Shown one piece after another: positions 1-8,530 of a stretch of 32,000 nt of DNA (position 1 is the stretch's first letter; the number at the start of each line of letters is the position of its first letter). Under the pieces are notes generated by a model. That model searched no databases, was not told the DNA's origin, and saw nothing but the letters and a program-made list of their open reading frames with translations. Source of the stretch: Candidatus Saccharimonadota bacterium (GTDB lineage: Bacteria; Patescibacteriota; Saccharimonadia; Saccharimonadales; Saccharimonadaceae); contig NZ_CP045921.1 in the NCBI RefSeq assembly GCF_025273655.1, positions 720,001 to 752,000 on the forward strand, given 5' to 3'. Made by a program: the position numbers and the translations under genes.

Positions 1-2
1 TC

Positions 3-164
3 CAGTACAAGACCGACGTCGAAGCAGGATGGCTCAAACGTACATCCGAGTGGCTATGGGATCCGGTCACATGGTGGGCAAAAGGCAGTATTGAAATGTC
101 CCGCAAAATCATAAAATATGTCGCGCAATGGGGTCGCAAAACCCGCAAGAAACTTCCCTTCTAG
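3..164 (+). CDS. C-terminal fragment of a CDS cut by the window edge; product unknown
   Basis: Own translation: frame 3 is open from position 3 to TAG 162-164 (..QYKTDVEAGWLKRTSEWLWDPVTWWAKGSIEMSRKIIKYVAQWGRKTRKKLPF*). It is absent from the ORF track because no start lies in the window. Confidence 0.35.
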   Translation, partial: QYKTDVEAGWLKRTSEWLWDPVTWWAKGSIEMSRKIIKYVAQWGRKTRKKLPF

Positions 165-171
165 CCCTACC

Positions 172-200
172 TTGGCAAATAAGGTCAAATCTAGTAGAAT
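172..200 (+). promoter_or_regulatory. sigma70-like promoter for tRNA-Phe
   Basis: TTGGCA (172-177) - 17 nt - TAGAAT (195-200), about 25 nt upstream of the mature tRNA 5' end. Confidence 0.45.
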
Positions 201-225
201 GTACAGAGTTCAATTGAACCGTTGT

Positions 226-301
226 GGCTCTTTAGCTCAGTTGGTAGAGCAGAGGCCTGAAGAGCCTTGTGTCCCCAGTTCAAGTCTGGGAGGAGCCACC
301 A
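226..301 (+). tRNA. tRNA-Phe (anticodon GAA), CCA encoded
   Basis: Cloverleaf folded by eye: acceptor GGCTCTT/AGGAGCC, D arm GCTC-AGTTGGTA-GAGC, anticodon arm GAGGC-CTGAAGA-GCCTT, T arm CCCAG-TTCAAGT-CTGGG, ACCA tail. Confidence 0.95.
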
Positions 302-306
302 GGAAA

Positions 307-331
307 GAAGATCAGTACGCTGGTCTTTTTT
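307..331 (+). terminator. rho-independent terminator after tRNA-Phe
   Basis: Hairpin AGATCAG (309-315) / CTGGTCT (320-326) with loop TACG, followed by a T-run at 327-331. Confidence 0.65.
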
Positions 332-410
332 CTATGCCATGACACGCACATACGAAATTAAAAGTCCGAAAGGTATCTCGTAATCCCACAAGTAAACTCA
401 CCCGCCCCTG

Positions 411-439
411 TTGCTTTTTGGCGTTTCCTTCGTTATAAT
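411..439 (+). promoter_or_regulatory. sigma70-like promoter for tRNA-Gly
   Basis: TTGCTT (411-416) - 17 nt - TATAAT (434-439), 14 nt upstream of the tRNA 5' end. Confidence 0.45.
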
Positions 440-453
440 CATTTAAGCAACAT

Positions 454-529
454 GCGGGTTTAGCTCAGTTGTTAGAGCGCTTCCTTGCCATGGAAGAGGC
501 CAGGAGTTAGAGTCTCCTAACCCGCACCA
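454..529 (+). tRNA. tRNA-Gly (anticodon GCC), CCA encoded, non-canonical D-loop/T-loop pair
   Basis: Acceptor GCGGGTT/AACCCGC, D arm GCTC-AGTTGTTA-GAGC, anticodon arm CTTCC-TTGCCAT-GGAAG, T arm AGGAG-TTAGAGT-CTCCT, discriminator A plus CCA. Confidence 0.9.
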
Positions 530-584
530 ATTTTACGATTTTGTCGAATACACCCGAATGGGTGTATTTTGCTATGATGGGTTT

Positions 585-983
585 ATGCAGAAATATAAAA
601 CAGTCGAAGAGTTTGTGAATGATCTGAATGACGATAAACAATCGCAAGTAGGTATGCTAAGAGACCTTATTCTAAGCACCGAGCCACAACTAGAAGAGCA
701 TATTAAATGGAATGCTCCTAGTTATGTTCTAGATGGTGAAGATCGGATTACGTTTAATCTTATGAATAAGGAAGGGGTAGTCAAGCTTGTACTCCATATG
801 GGTGCTACGCGCAAGGAAGATAAAAAAGGCACACCACTTATGCAGGATGAAAGCGGATTAATAGAGTGGAGTTCTGACATCAGAGGAATGATTACATTCA
901 ATTCTTCAACAAACATCAGCTCAAATGCAACTTCACTAAAAAAGATCATCAAGGATTGGCTCGCAATTCCTTCATTAATCTAA
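585..983 (+). CDS. DUF1801 (YdhG-like) domain protein
   Basis: The ORF track gives 558-983. I prefer the ATG at 585 (MQKYKTVEEFVNDL..) because it gives the typical DUF1801 N-terminus. The pattern ..EEHIKWNAPSY..DRITFNL.. is characteristic of the family. Confidence 0.7.
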   Translation: MQKYKTVEEFVNDLNDDKQSQVGMLRDLILSTEPQLEEHIKWNAPSYVLDGEDRITFNLMNKEGVVKLVLHMGATRKEDKKGTPLMQDESGLIEWSSDIRGMITFNSSTNISSNATSLKKIIKDWLAIPSLI

Positions 984-1175
984 TCAATAAATAATTACAT
1001 TCGTATCTTCGTGTGCGATTGGTATGTTTGGTAGCTCCGCAAGCCGACCATCTACGAGTGCTTTGAAAAGTTTAAGTAAATTCTGTAGTTCCGCACCATG
1101 AAAAGACCAGTCCTTTAGCGGCTGGTTTTTCATGGCCATGTAAGATCTCAAACTCCTGACCTCTTTAGAAACCAT
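984..1175 (-). CDS. hypothetical small protein (63 aa), doubtful
   Basis: ORF track only. No recognisable motif and no clear RBS. Confidence 0.2.
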   Translation of the reverse strand: MVSKEVRSLRSYMAMKNQPLKDWSFHGAELQNLLKLFKALVDGRLAELPNIPIAHEDTNVIIY

Positions 1176-1362
1176 AAAAAGCTAGAAACGACTCTCGAAT
1201 CCGCTTCCGGCGGGTCAAGAATCAGAATCTCCTGGCCCGTAGTGTGACACTTACTTTATAGCACATCTTGCCATTTGGGAAGATGATGACATGTCGTGGC
1301 AGGGCATGTCACAGATGCCGGGTACCGTGCAGCAAATCAGTAAATAGCTTATACTTATACGA

Positions 1363-2007
1363 GTGGCGTCTACTCTCAAGCGCAAAATTCGGCGCGCCCT
1401 TAGGCACAAGCTTCGCGACACAAGCTGTATGACAATAGCGGCTGTCATATTGCTTTGCGTGGGTCTTGTCGGCTATGCTGTGTATATGGACAACAGACGT
1501 CTAGCCGTTGACCCTGCAAGCTATACACCGCTACTTGATTTGATAGCAAACGTAGAGAGCAAGGATAATTACAATGCGTATTTTGGCAACGCAGACAATA
1601 CGTCGACCAACTTCACACAAATGACAATTGCCCAAGTACAATCGTGGCAGGCAGCGCATATAGCAGAGGGCCATGCAAGCAGTGCTGTCGGCAGGTATCA
1701 AATTATCGACACGACACTCCGTGAGCTTGTGCGGCAGCAGGGCATCGACACGAACCGCAAGTTTGACAAATTACTCCAAGATCAACTCGCGATCGCACTA
1801 CTCGAACGACGAGGCAGCGAAAAGCTTGTCAATCGCGAGATCACTAAGGAACAGTTTGCCGCAAACTTGGCCATGGAATGGGCAGCATTTCCAAAAGTCA
1901 TTGGCCCCAATCCGGACACTAGCTACTATGATGGCGATGGACTCAACTCATCACTCGTAAGCGTCGAACAAGTACTCAAAGCGATTGCGCCTATCAAGCC
2001 TCAATAA
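1363..2007 (+). CDS. membrane-anchored lysozyme / lytic-transglycosylase-like protein (lambda-lysozyme/GH104-like)
   Basis: Basic N-terminus plus one TM (MTIAAVILLCVGLVGYAVY). It also has NVESKDNYNAY and SAVGRYQI motifs resembling the catalytic Glu and GRYQ motifs of lambda-type lysozymes. The start is GTG at 1363, with an alternative ATG at 1429. Confidence 0.55.
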   Translation: MASTLKRKIRRALRHKLRDTSCMTIAAVILLCVGLVGYAVYMDNRRLAVDPASYTPLLDLIANVESKDNYNAYFGNADNTSTNFTQMTIAQVQSWQAAHIAEGHASSAVGRYQIIDTTLRELVRQQGIDTNRKFDKLLQDQLAIALLERRGSEKLVNREITKEQFAANLAMEWAAFPKVIGPNPDTSYYDGDGLNSSLVSVEQVLKAIAPIKPQ

Positions 2008-2050
2008 ACGATGGCTTCGTCAGTTGACTCGTCCTAGTCGCTCGATAAAA

Positions 2051-2485
2051 ATGCTACACTATAGATATATGGCAATACAACCTCAACCATTACCCGATCA
2101 TATTACGCCATACGCATTTGATTTTCGATGGGACAATTCCCTCCTATGGCAACTTGACAATATCCCGACAGAAAAAATGGATATCAACGATCTTGTCTGG
2201 CATTTTGATATACCGTGGCTGCATACATCTGGTGAACGCTTTAATCTCACACCTCGCGATATCATGTCAAAACCTAGCGCTTATTCAGAAGAGTATACCC
2301 GCACTATGAACGCTGACACAAATTACCCTATCGACATCATGTTTAACAAAAATCGTTGGCTTATCCTTGATGGTCTTCATCGGCTCATGAAGCTCGTCGA
2401 TCAAGGGGAGACAAAAGTCACTGTGCGCAAAATACCGCGAGAAATGATCCCCCGTATTACAGTGAAGAGTACTACCTCCCCTTAG
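2051..2485 (+). CDS. hypothetical protein with ParB/Srx-like DGxHR motif
   Basis: WLILDGLHRLMKL resembles the ParB N-terminal domain DGxHR motif. The ORF track start at 1985 overlaps the upstream gene, so ATG 2051 or 2069 is more plausible. Confidence 0.55.
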   Translation: MLHYRYMAIQPQPLPDHITPYAFDFRWDNSLLWQLDNIPTEKMDINDLVWHFDIPWLHTSGERFNLTPRDIMSKPSAYSEEYTRTMNADTNYPIDIMFNKNRWLILDGLHRLMKLVDQGETKVTVRKIPREMIPRITVKSTTSP

Positions 2486-3336
2486 ATCACTAGCGCTACA
2501 ACCCCCGCGAAGCATAGTAGAGCCGCAAGCAACTTGCGACCAATGCTGTGCCTCTCTGCGGAGATGAAAATGAGTGCCAGTAGTGTTGTGACGATGATGC
2601 CTGTTTGGCGCAGCGGTGAAATAACTGACAGCGAACCCTCGCTATACGCATAGAGCATCGCAAGACTACCTAGACCATAAAAAGTCGCCAAGATAAGTAG
2701 CTTCCATATTGTGCTTCGATCACGAAATACCTCCGGCACAGCCCGCATGGTTTTGGGGCGAATCAGAAACACCACTATGACGGGCAACAGAAAACTAACT
2801 GCCGCCCACGACAGCGTGTCGACATGTCGCCCCACATATGCCCATGACGTGATAGCGATACCGAAGAGTATACCGGTCAGTAAGCCGTAGAGCGCACCAC
2901 GATCTGTCAAAAGTTTGGCTGGCTGCTTGACCAGCGTCAGCACACCGGCAAATATCAATAGCGCCCCGCCAGCCTGCAGCCACGTCAGTTGCTCGCCAAA
3001 CAGCAACATGCCAAACAGCATCATCCAAATAGCATGAGTCGCAAAGTAGACCGAAAAAGCCGAGGCCTCTACTTTCTGAAGCGTTTTGGCGTAGATCACA
3101 TGACCTACTCCGTACGCTACAGCCGAGATGAGCACCGGTTGCCAAACCGCTTCGATCCCAGAAAGATTGATGCCCACAACAAACGCGACGATGGTGAGCA
3201 ATACGCCCACCATACCCTGAAACACTGCCGCATACGCATACGGATTAAGTCGACCACCCCGCAGCAATATGCGCTGTAAGACAATCGAAATCGAAAGCCC
3301 CAGTACACTGATTGCCGTATAGATTTGCCATGTCAT
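2482..3336 (-). CDS. EamA/DMT-family transporter (10 TM)
   Basis: A 284-aa, uniformly hydrophobic protein with two EamA-like halves. Confidence 0.85.
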   Translation of the reverse strand: MTWQIYTAISVLGLSISIVLQRILLRGGRLNPYAYAAVFQGMVGVLLTIVAFVVGINLSGIEAVWQPVLISAVAYGVGHVIYAKTLQKVEASAFSVYFATHAIWMMLFGMLLFGEQLTWLQAGGALLIFAGVLTLVKQPAKLLTDRGALYGLLTGILFGIAITSWAYVGRHVDTLSWAAVSFLLPVIVVFLIRPKTMRAVPEVFRDRSTIWKLLILATFYGLGSLAMLYAYSEGSLSVISPLRQTGIIVTTLLALIFISAERHSIGRKLLAALLCFAGVVALVI

Positions 3337-3345
3337 GTCCGTAGG

Positions 3346-4512
3346 CTAGACTGCAGACCAGCCGCCGTCAGATGGCAAGATAGCACCGTTGACGTTGGTG
3401 CCGTCGTCGCTCAAAAGAAACGTAATAGATGCCGCCAACTGATCGGCCGTCGTCGGTGCGGGCATAACGGCCGACGCGACACCGAAGCGATCGAGGAACA
3501 TAGGCGAGTCAAATTTGGCTTCGATATTGGTTGCCACGCCACCCGGCGCCACGGCGTTGACGCGAATACCCGTACCGGTATAAGCAAATGCCGAGCTCTT
3601 AGTGAGGCCGATCACTGCGTGTTTGGAGGCCGTGTAAGCTGCCCCCGCTGCAGATCCGCGTAGACCAGCTTCGCTGGTAATGTTGACGATTGAGCCGGCT
3701 TTTTGCTCCAGCATCTTTGGTACGATTGCGCGCATCAGCTTCATAGTACCGACTACATTCACATTCATGACACGGTTCCAAGTAGCGTCGTCTACTTCGT
3801 GAACTGGCGTCATGTTGTCCATGATACCGGCAATGTTCGCCAAGCCATCGATGCGTGTACCAGCCACTTCTACAATCTTCGCTACGCTCTCATCGTTTGT
3901 GATGTCGCCCGCCACTACTTCGATCTGCGCACCCGCGAGCGACGCTTTAAGCTCATCGAGGCGCTCCTGCGAGATGTCAACACCAATCACACGGCCACCT
4001 TCGCGGGCGATGCGCGAGGCGGTGGCACGGCCGATACCAGAACCGGCACCCGTCACAATAATGGTTTTATTGGCGAAGCGGCCGTCGGTAATCTTTTCTA
4101 CCCATTCGTCAGGCTCTGAGCTCGCAGTAGAGGCTACAGGCGTTTCGGGCGCCGGTGCAGCCGGTGCTTCCTCGGCAGACGGAGCCTCGGTCGACTCCAC
4201 TTGTGTCTCGGTCGGTGCAGCAGTTGCCTCTCCGGCATTGGCTTTTTGTACCATGTCGGCAATCATCTCGTCGGTCATCTTGCCACCGCTCATGCCGGCG
4301 ACACGCTTCAGTGTCCATCCCTTGACAGGCGTGAGAACCTTTTCGTTTTGCCCAGCCTCGGCTAGCATACTACGAAAGATAGTGCCACCCACCGGATGAT
4401 CCAGCCACTCGCGAATCGTCGAGTCTGCGCTCAGTTGTGCCGGTGTGCCACTCTCTGTTGTAGTAGTCTCTTGCTTTGGTTCCTCTGATTTATCTCGACT
4501 GAAAAAGCCCAT
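3346..4512 (-). CDS. SDR-family oxidoreductase with about 150-aa N-terminal extension
   Basis: TGAGSGIGRA (TGxxxGxG) and YTASKHAV (YxxxK) in the C-terminal 240 aa. The N-terminus is an unknown domain followed by an A/P/E/T-rich linker. Confidence 0.85.
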   Translation of the reverse strand: MGFFSRDKSEEPKQETTTTESGTPAQLSADSTIREWLDHPVGGTIFRSMLAEAGQNEKVLTPVKGWTLKRVAGMSGGKMTDEMIADMVQKANAGEATAAPTETQVESTEAPSAEEAPAAPAPETPVASTASSEPDEWVEKITDGRFANKTIIVTGAGSGIGRATASRIAREGGRVIGVDISQERLDELKASLAGAQIEVVAGDITNDESVAKIVEVAGTRIDGLANIAGIMDNMTPVHEVDDATWNRVMNVNVVGTMKLMRAIVPKMLEQKAGSIVNITSEAGLRGSAAGAAYTASKHAVIGLTKSSAFAYTGTGIRVNAVAPGGVATNIEAKFDSPMFLDRFGVASAVMPAPTTADQLAASITFLLSDDGTNVNGAILPSDGGWSAV

Positions 4513-4564
4513 AGATATGTATTCCTGTTTGTGTTTATGGTTTTATACATCCAGTATACTCCGC

Positions 4565-5590
4565 CTACTCTTTTGGCTCAAGCGCCGCTTCGATGAGTCG
4601 CGTGATCAAATCGCCGTACGAAATACCCGCTTGCTGCCACAATTTCGGATACATACTGATATTTGTGAAGCCAGGCAACGTATTAATCTCGTTGAAATAT
4701 ATATCACCAGTGCCCGTCAGGAAGAAATCTATACGCGAGAGACCACGACAGCCAAGCTCCGTATAGATTGTTTTGGCTGCATCGCGAATTTGATCTGAGA
4801 TATCAGCTGGTATATCTGCGGGAAGCTGGACACTCGAACTACTTCCACTACTATATTTATCGTCATAACTATAGAAATCTTCACCAGGTAGAATCTCACC
4901 AACCACGCTGATCTCACATGCGGGCGGGTTACCTATAGCCGCCACCTCAAGCTCACGTACATCAAGCGCCTGCTCTATGAGCACAGTATCGTCAGACTCC
5001 AGTGCAACGGCAAGTGCACGCTCCAGCTCCTTACTACTCCGAACTTTATTCACTCCCACAGAGCTACCAGCTCGCGATGGTTTAACAAATAGCGTATCGC
5101 CCAAATCCGTGCACAATGTATCATAATTCGGCGGCACTTCACCGCGTCGATACACTCGATATGGCACCACTTGCACTCCGACACTTGTTGCTATACGTTT
5201 GGCAATTACCTTGTCCATACCTGCTACACTCGATGTCATGTCACACCCAACGACCGGAATATGTAGTAGTTGTGCCAAACCCTGAACGCTACCGTCTTCG
5301 CCATTTTTGCCGTGCAGGACAGGGAGTATGACGTCGGAATCAATAATTTCATCGCCAACAACAAACCCCGCCTCGCCGAGGCTAGGTAATAGTTGCTGTG
5401 TCACATCGACTGTGCGGTAGCCATCAAAATCTCGTACGTGATACCAGTGGCCATTTTCGTCGATATAGCCAAGTGCCACATCAAACCGCGACGCATCAAT
5501 TGCCTCATAGACATTGCGCGCCGACATGATCGACACGTCATGTTCGCTTGATTCGCCACCGAAAAGTAAGAGAACTTGTGTAGGTTTCAT
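4565..5590 (-). CDS. ddl: D-alanine--D-alanine ligase
   Basis: LLFGGESSEHDVSIMSA at the N-terminus, LHGKNGEDGSVQGL, an ATP-grasp core and a C-terminal FNEINTLPGFT motif. Confidence 0.95.
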   Translation of the reverse strand: MKPTQVLLLFGGESSEHDVSIMSARNVYEAIDASRFDVALGYIDENGHWYHVRDFDGYRTVDVTQQLLPSLGEAGFVVGDEIIDSDVILPVLHGKNGEDGSVQGLAQLLHIPVVGCDMTSSVAGMDKVIAKRIATSVGVQVVPYRVYRRGEVPPNYDTLCTDLGDTLFVKPSRAGSSVGVNKVRSSKELERALAVALESDDTVLIEQALDVRELEVAAIGNPPACEISVVGEILPGEDFYSYDDKYSSGSSSSVQLPADIPADISDQIRDAAKTIYTELGCRGLSRIDFFLTGTGDIYFNEINTLPGFTNISMYPKLWQQAGISYGDLITRLIEAALEPKE

Positions 5591-5596
5591 ATACCT

Positions 5597-5602
5597 ATCA
5601 TA
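5597..5602 (-). promoter_or_regulatory. -10 box (TATGAT) 6 nt upstream of the ddl ATG; probable leaderless start
   Basis: The minus strand reads TATGAT-aggtat-ATG. Confidence 0.4.
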
Positions 5603-5624
5603 CGCCAGTTACACGCCAGTCGGC

Positions 5625-5630
5625 TATAAT
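5625..5630 (+). promoter_or_regulatory. -10 box (TATAAT) 6 nt upstream of the rarA ATG; probable leaderless start
   Basis: The plus strand reads TATAAT-ggaagt-ATG (ATG at 5637). There is no SD. Confidence 0.45.
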
Positions 5631-5636
5631 GGAAGT

Positions 5637-6806
5637 ATGGAGCGGGTACCACTGGCCGAACGCATGAGGCCAACAACATTAGATGAGGTAATTGGGCAAA
5701 CACACCTCCTTGGCGACAAGGAGATACTGCGGTCTATTGTGAAGAATAAAGAGCCAGTGAGTCTGATACTCTGGGGTCCACCTGGTAGCGGCAAGACCAC
5801 GCTAGCTCGTATCATCGCGCATGAAGTTGAGGCTGAATTCGTAGAGCTGAGTGCTGTTACGAGCGGAAAAAAAGATGTCGAACGCGTCATAGAACATGCT
5901 CGCCAAAACTGGAATTTGCAGCTCCGTACAATCCTCTTCGTTGACGAAATCCACCGCTTCAATAAGGCGCAGCAAGACGCGTTCTTGCCTCATGTCGAGA
6001 GCGGCCTTATCACACTCATCGGCGCTACTACTGAAAATCCAAGCTTCGAAGTGATCACGCCACTACTTAGTCGCACTCGCGTACTACTACTCGAGCCACA
6101 TAGTAAAGCAGATATTATGGCCATCGTTACACACGCCGTAGCAGAACTCGGCAAACAAAAAACTGTCACAGACGAAGCAATCGACTATCTGGCAGAGCTC
6201 TCTGGCGGCGACGCCCGCGTAGCGCTAGGCAACCTCGAGCTTGCGCTCAATATCGGCAAACGCAAAGTCACGGCCGACGTGGTGAAAACTGCTGCCCAAA
6301 AACGCGTCCCCGGTTACGACAAAAAGGGCGACATGCACTACAACATCATCTCCGCGTTTATCAAAAGCATGCGCGGTAGCGATGTCGAGGCGACACTGTA
6401 CTACCTAAGCCGCATGATCGACGCCGGTGAAGATCCCAAATTTATCGCACGGCGTATGGTCATCTTCGCATCTGAAGATATCGGCCTGGCAGGCAATGGT
6501 GCACTCGGACTAGCACTAAGTGCGTTCCAGGCCGTAGAGCGACTCGGCATGCCCGAGAGTAATTACGTCCTTTACCACGTAGCCACCGCACTGGCGCGAA
6601 GTCAAAAGTCTCGCGAGACAACTGATCTCATGCACCGCTCTAAAGATTTGAGCGCTCGCTTCCCCGATTCACCGGTACCAATCCACCTCCGCAACGCGCC
6701 GACAAAACTCATGAAAGACCTCGGCTACACCGAAGGATACGAATGGAAGGCAAACTTCAAGCACACCAAAGGCTTCTTACCTGAAGACGTAGCCGACAGC
6801 CTCTAG
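5637..6806 (+). CDS. rarA: replication-associated recombination protein A (MgsA/RarA AAA+ ATPase)
   Basis: PLAERMRPTTLDEVIGQ.HL, Walker A GPPGSGKTT, Walker B FVDEIHRFNK, and C-terminal MgsA motifs (YYLSRMI..GEDP.FIARR). The track start at 5514 overlaps ddl, so ATG 5637 was chosen. Confidence 0.9.
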   Translation: MERVPLAERMRPTTLDEVIGQTHLLGDKEILRSIVKNKEPVSLILWGPPGSGKTTLARIIAHEVEAEFVELSAVTSGKKDVERVIEHARQNWNLQLRTILFVDEIHRFNKAQQDAFLPHVESGLITLIGATTENPSFEVITPLLSRTRVLLLEPHSKADIMAIVTHAVAELGKQKTVTDEAIDYLAELSGGDARVALGNLELALNIGKRKVTADVVKTAAQKRVPGYDKKGDMHYNIISAFIKSMRGSDVEATLYYLSRMIDAGEDPKFIARRMVIFASEDIGLAGNGALGLALSAFQAVERLGMPESNYVLYHVATALARSQKSRETTDLMHRSKDLSARFPDSPVPIHLRNAPTKLMKDLGYTEGYEWKANFKHTKGFLPEDVADSL

Positions 6807-8530
6807 AGCTTTTTGATCACCGATACTTCGTCTGGTTCGAGGGCTACTCCAGCACGTACATCGACACGGTGACTGCTCTGCTCGACAGATATACTCGACA
6901 ATACCTGTTCACCGATCACAAAATGACTGTCCGATACGCGCACACTGCCTTGTTTGTCGCGCGAGAAATTGACAAGTACTATCAGCTGATCGCCCGTCTC
7001 TTCGTCTTCGCGCCCATACGCCATCACTTGGTCGTTGTCGGTATGTAGTGGTACATACTTGCCATTTTGTGCCGACGGCAATTCATGCGTGAGTCGAATA
7101 GCCGCACGATAGAGTGACAGCGAAGATGTGTCATGCTGTTTTTGACGCATCACCGCTTTGTGTGCATCGGCTTGATTTGCTGGTAGCCACAGATCTTTTG
7201 GATCAGCATTTGAAAAACCAGCATTTGGTAATGTATCGTCCCACGGAATCGGCGTGCGCTCTGGATCGCGTAGCCCATTAGGATCTTGCAAACGCCAGCT
7301 TGGTATCTCGGCATCTACCAGTCCTAGCTCCTCACCGTTGTAGATGAAGCGCATGCCAGGCAGAAACAGGTTGAGCACCGCAGCTGCACGTGCGCCATTG
7401 TCGCCCAAACGACTCGCCAAGCGTGGTTTGTCGTGGTTGCCGTTGACCTGATTTGCCACGGCATCGCGTAGCAAGCGCTCATAGTAATAATCCATCTGGA
7501 TCTTGCGACTTCCTGCATCCCAAGATGCCAGCAAACCACCAAAGTTAAATGTGCTAGCTACTTCAGGTGCGATGGCATCTATATCGCGCAGATCCGACTC
7601 ACCCATGTAGGCCTCGAGAATCATGCGCAGATCGCGATGCTCGTACACTTCATCTTTGAGCACTTGGCACATTTCCCAGATATATTCGTGAAGTGTTCGC
7701 GGATAATTACAGCTCTGAAATTTTTGTAGCTGGTCGTACGGATTTTCATACCATTCTTCGTTGTAGGCGGTATTCACTTCTTCGTCGGGCAACTCCATGT
7801 TTTTGCCGATGTGATTGATAGCATCGACACGAAAGCCATCGACACCGCGATCCAGCCAGAAGCGCATGGCGTCTTTCATGGCTTCGCGCACATATGGATT
7901 ACTCCAGTTGAGGTCGGGCTGTTCCACGGCGAAGCTATGCATATAGAATTCCTGGCGCACATCGTCCCACTTCCAGGCAGAAATAGGCGGCGTCCACTCT
8001 TGCTCATGAAGCCAGTGCATCTCGCCACGTTCACGAGCTTTGCGGTTGGGTATAGAAAATACACTTGCCCAGTTGTTTGGCGGCTGGTGTTCTCCATGCT
8101 CGTCGACGCTGCCAGGATGCCAGATATACCAATCATCATAACCATCTTCCTGGCGACGAGATTTTTCGAACCACTCATGCTTGTCAGATGAATGATTAGG
8201 AATGAAGTCGACCATGAGGCGGATGTGTTTGGCGTGTGCAGCTTTTACGAGTGAATCAAAATCTTCGAGGGTGCCAAGTGCTGGGTGTACATTTTTGAAG
8301 TCCGCAATATCATAGCCACCATCTACCATGGGTGACGGGTAAAATGGCGACAACCAGATGGCATTGACGCCCAGCGACTCAAGATACGATAATCGTTCTT
8401 CTATGCCACGAATACTCCCGTGACCAAGTTGTGGCTCTCGCCCACTATCCTCGGCAAATGTCCAGGGATAGATCTGATATACTACCGCATTTTGCCAAGT
8501 AGAGCTCTGACGCGCCTCATGCACATCCAT
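6803..8530 (-). CDS. GH13 alpha-glucosidase / oligo-1,6-glucosidase-like hydrolase
   Basis: GVNAIWLSPFYPSP, DFIPNHSS, GFRVDAINHI (nucleophile region), ILEAY, GNHDKPR. Confidence 0.9.
   Translation of the reverse strand: MDVHEARQSSTWQNAVVYQIYPWTFAEDSGREPQLGHGSIRGIEERLSYLESLGVNAIWLSPFYPSPMVDGGYDIADFKNVHPALGTLEDFDSLVKAAHAKHIRLMVDFIPNHSSDKHEWFEKSRRQEDGYDDWYIWHPGSVDEHGEHQPPNNWASVFSIPNRKARERGEMHWLHEQEWTPPISAWKWDDVRQEFYMHSFAVEQPDLNWSNPYVREAMKDAMRFWLDRGVDGFRVDAINHIGKNMELPDEEVNTAYNEEWYENPYDQLQKFQSCNYPRTLHEYIWEMCQVLKDEVYEHRDLRMILEAYMGESDLRDIDAIAPEVASTFNFGGLLASWDAGSRKIQMDYYYERLLRDAVANQVNGNHDKPRLASRLGDNGARAAAVLNLFLPGMRFIYNGEELGLVDAEIPSWRLQDPNGLRDPERTPIPWDDTLPNAGFSNADPKDLWLPANQADAHKAVMRQKQHDTSSLSLYRAAIRLTHELPSAQNGKYVPLHTDNDQVMAYGREDEETGDQLIVLVNFSRDKQGSVRVSDSHFVIGEQVLSSISVEQSSHRVDVRAGVALEPDEVSVIKKL

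Noticed and set aside
118-342. 74-aa ORF in the track (MSRNGVAKPARNF...)
   Set aside because: It reads straight through the promoter, tRNA-Phe (226-301) and its terminator. Its first part is an alternative frame of the real upstream CDS, which ends at 164.
1290-1312. Palindrome GACATGTCGTGGCAGGGCATGTC upstream of the lysozyme-like gene
   Set aside because: It is a short 6-bp-arm dyad in a poorly defined intergenic region, which is insufficient to call a regulatory site.
1251-1448. 65-aa minus-strand ORF
   Set aside because: It overlaps the start of the lysozyme-like gene on the opposite strand, and it has no RBS or motif.
3703-4399. Long antisense ORFs (138 aa and 195 aa) inside the SDR gene
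   Set aside because: They lie opposite a motif-supported gene in a GC-rich stretch. Their Ser/Ala/Arg-rich composition is typical of antisense artefacts.
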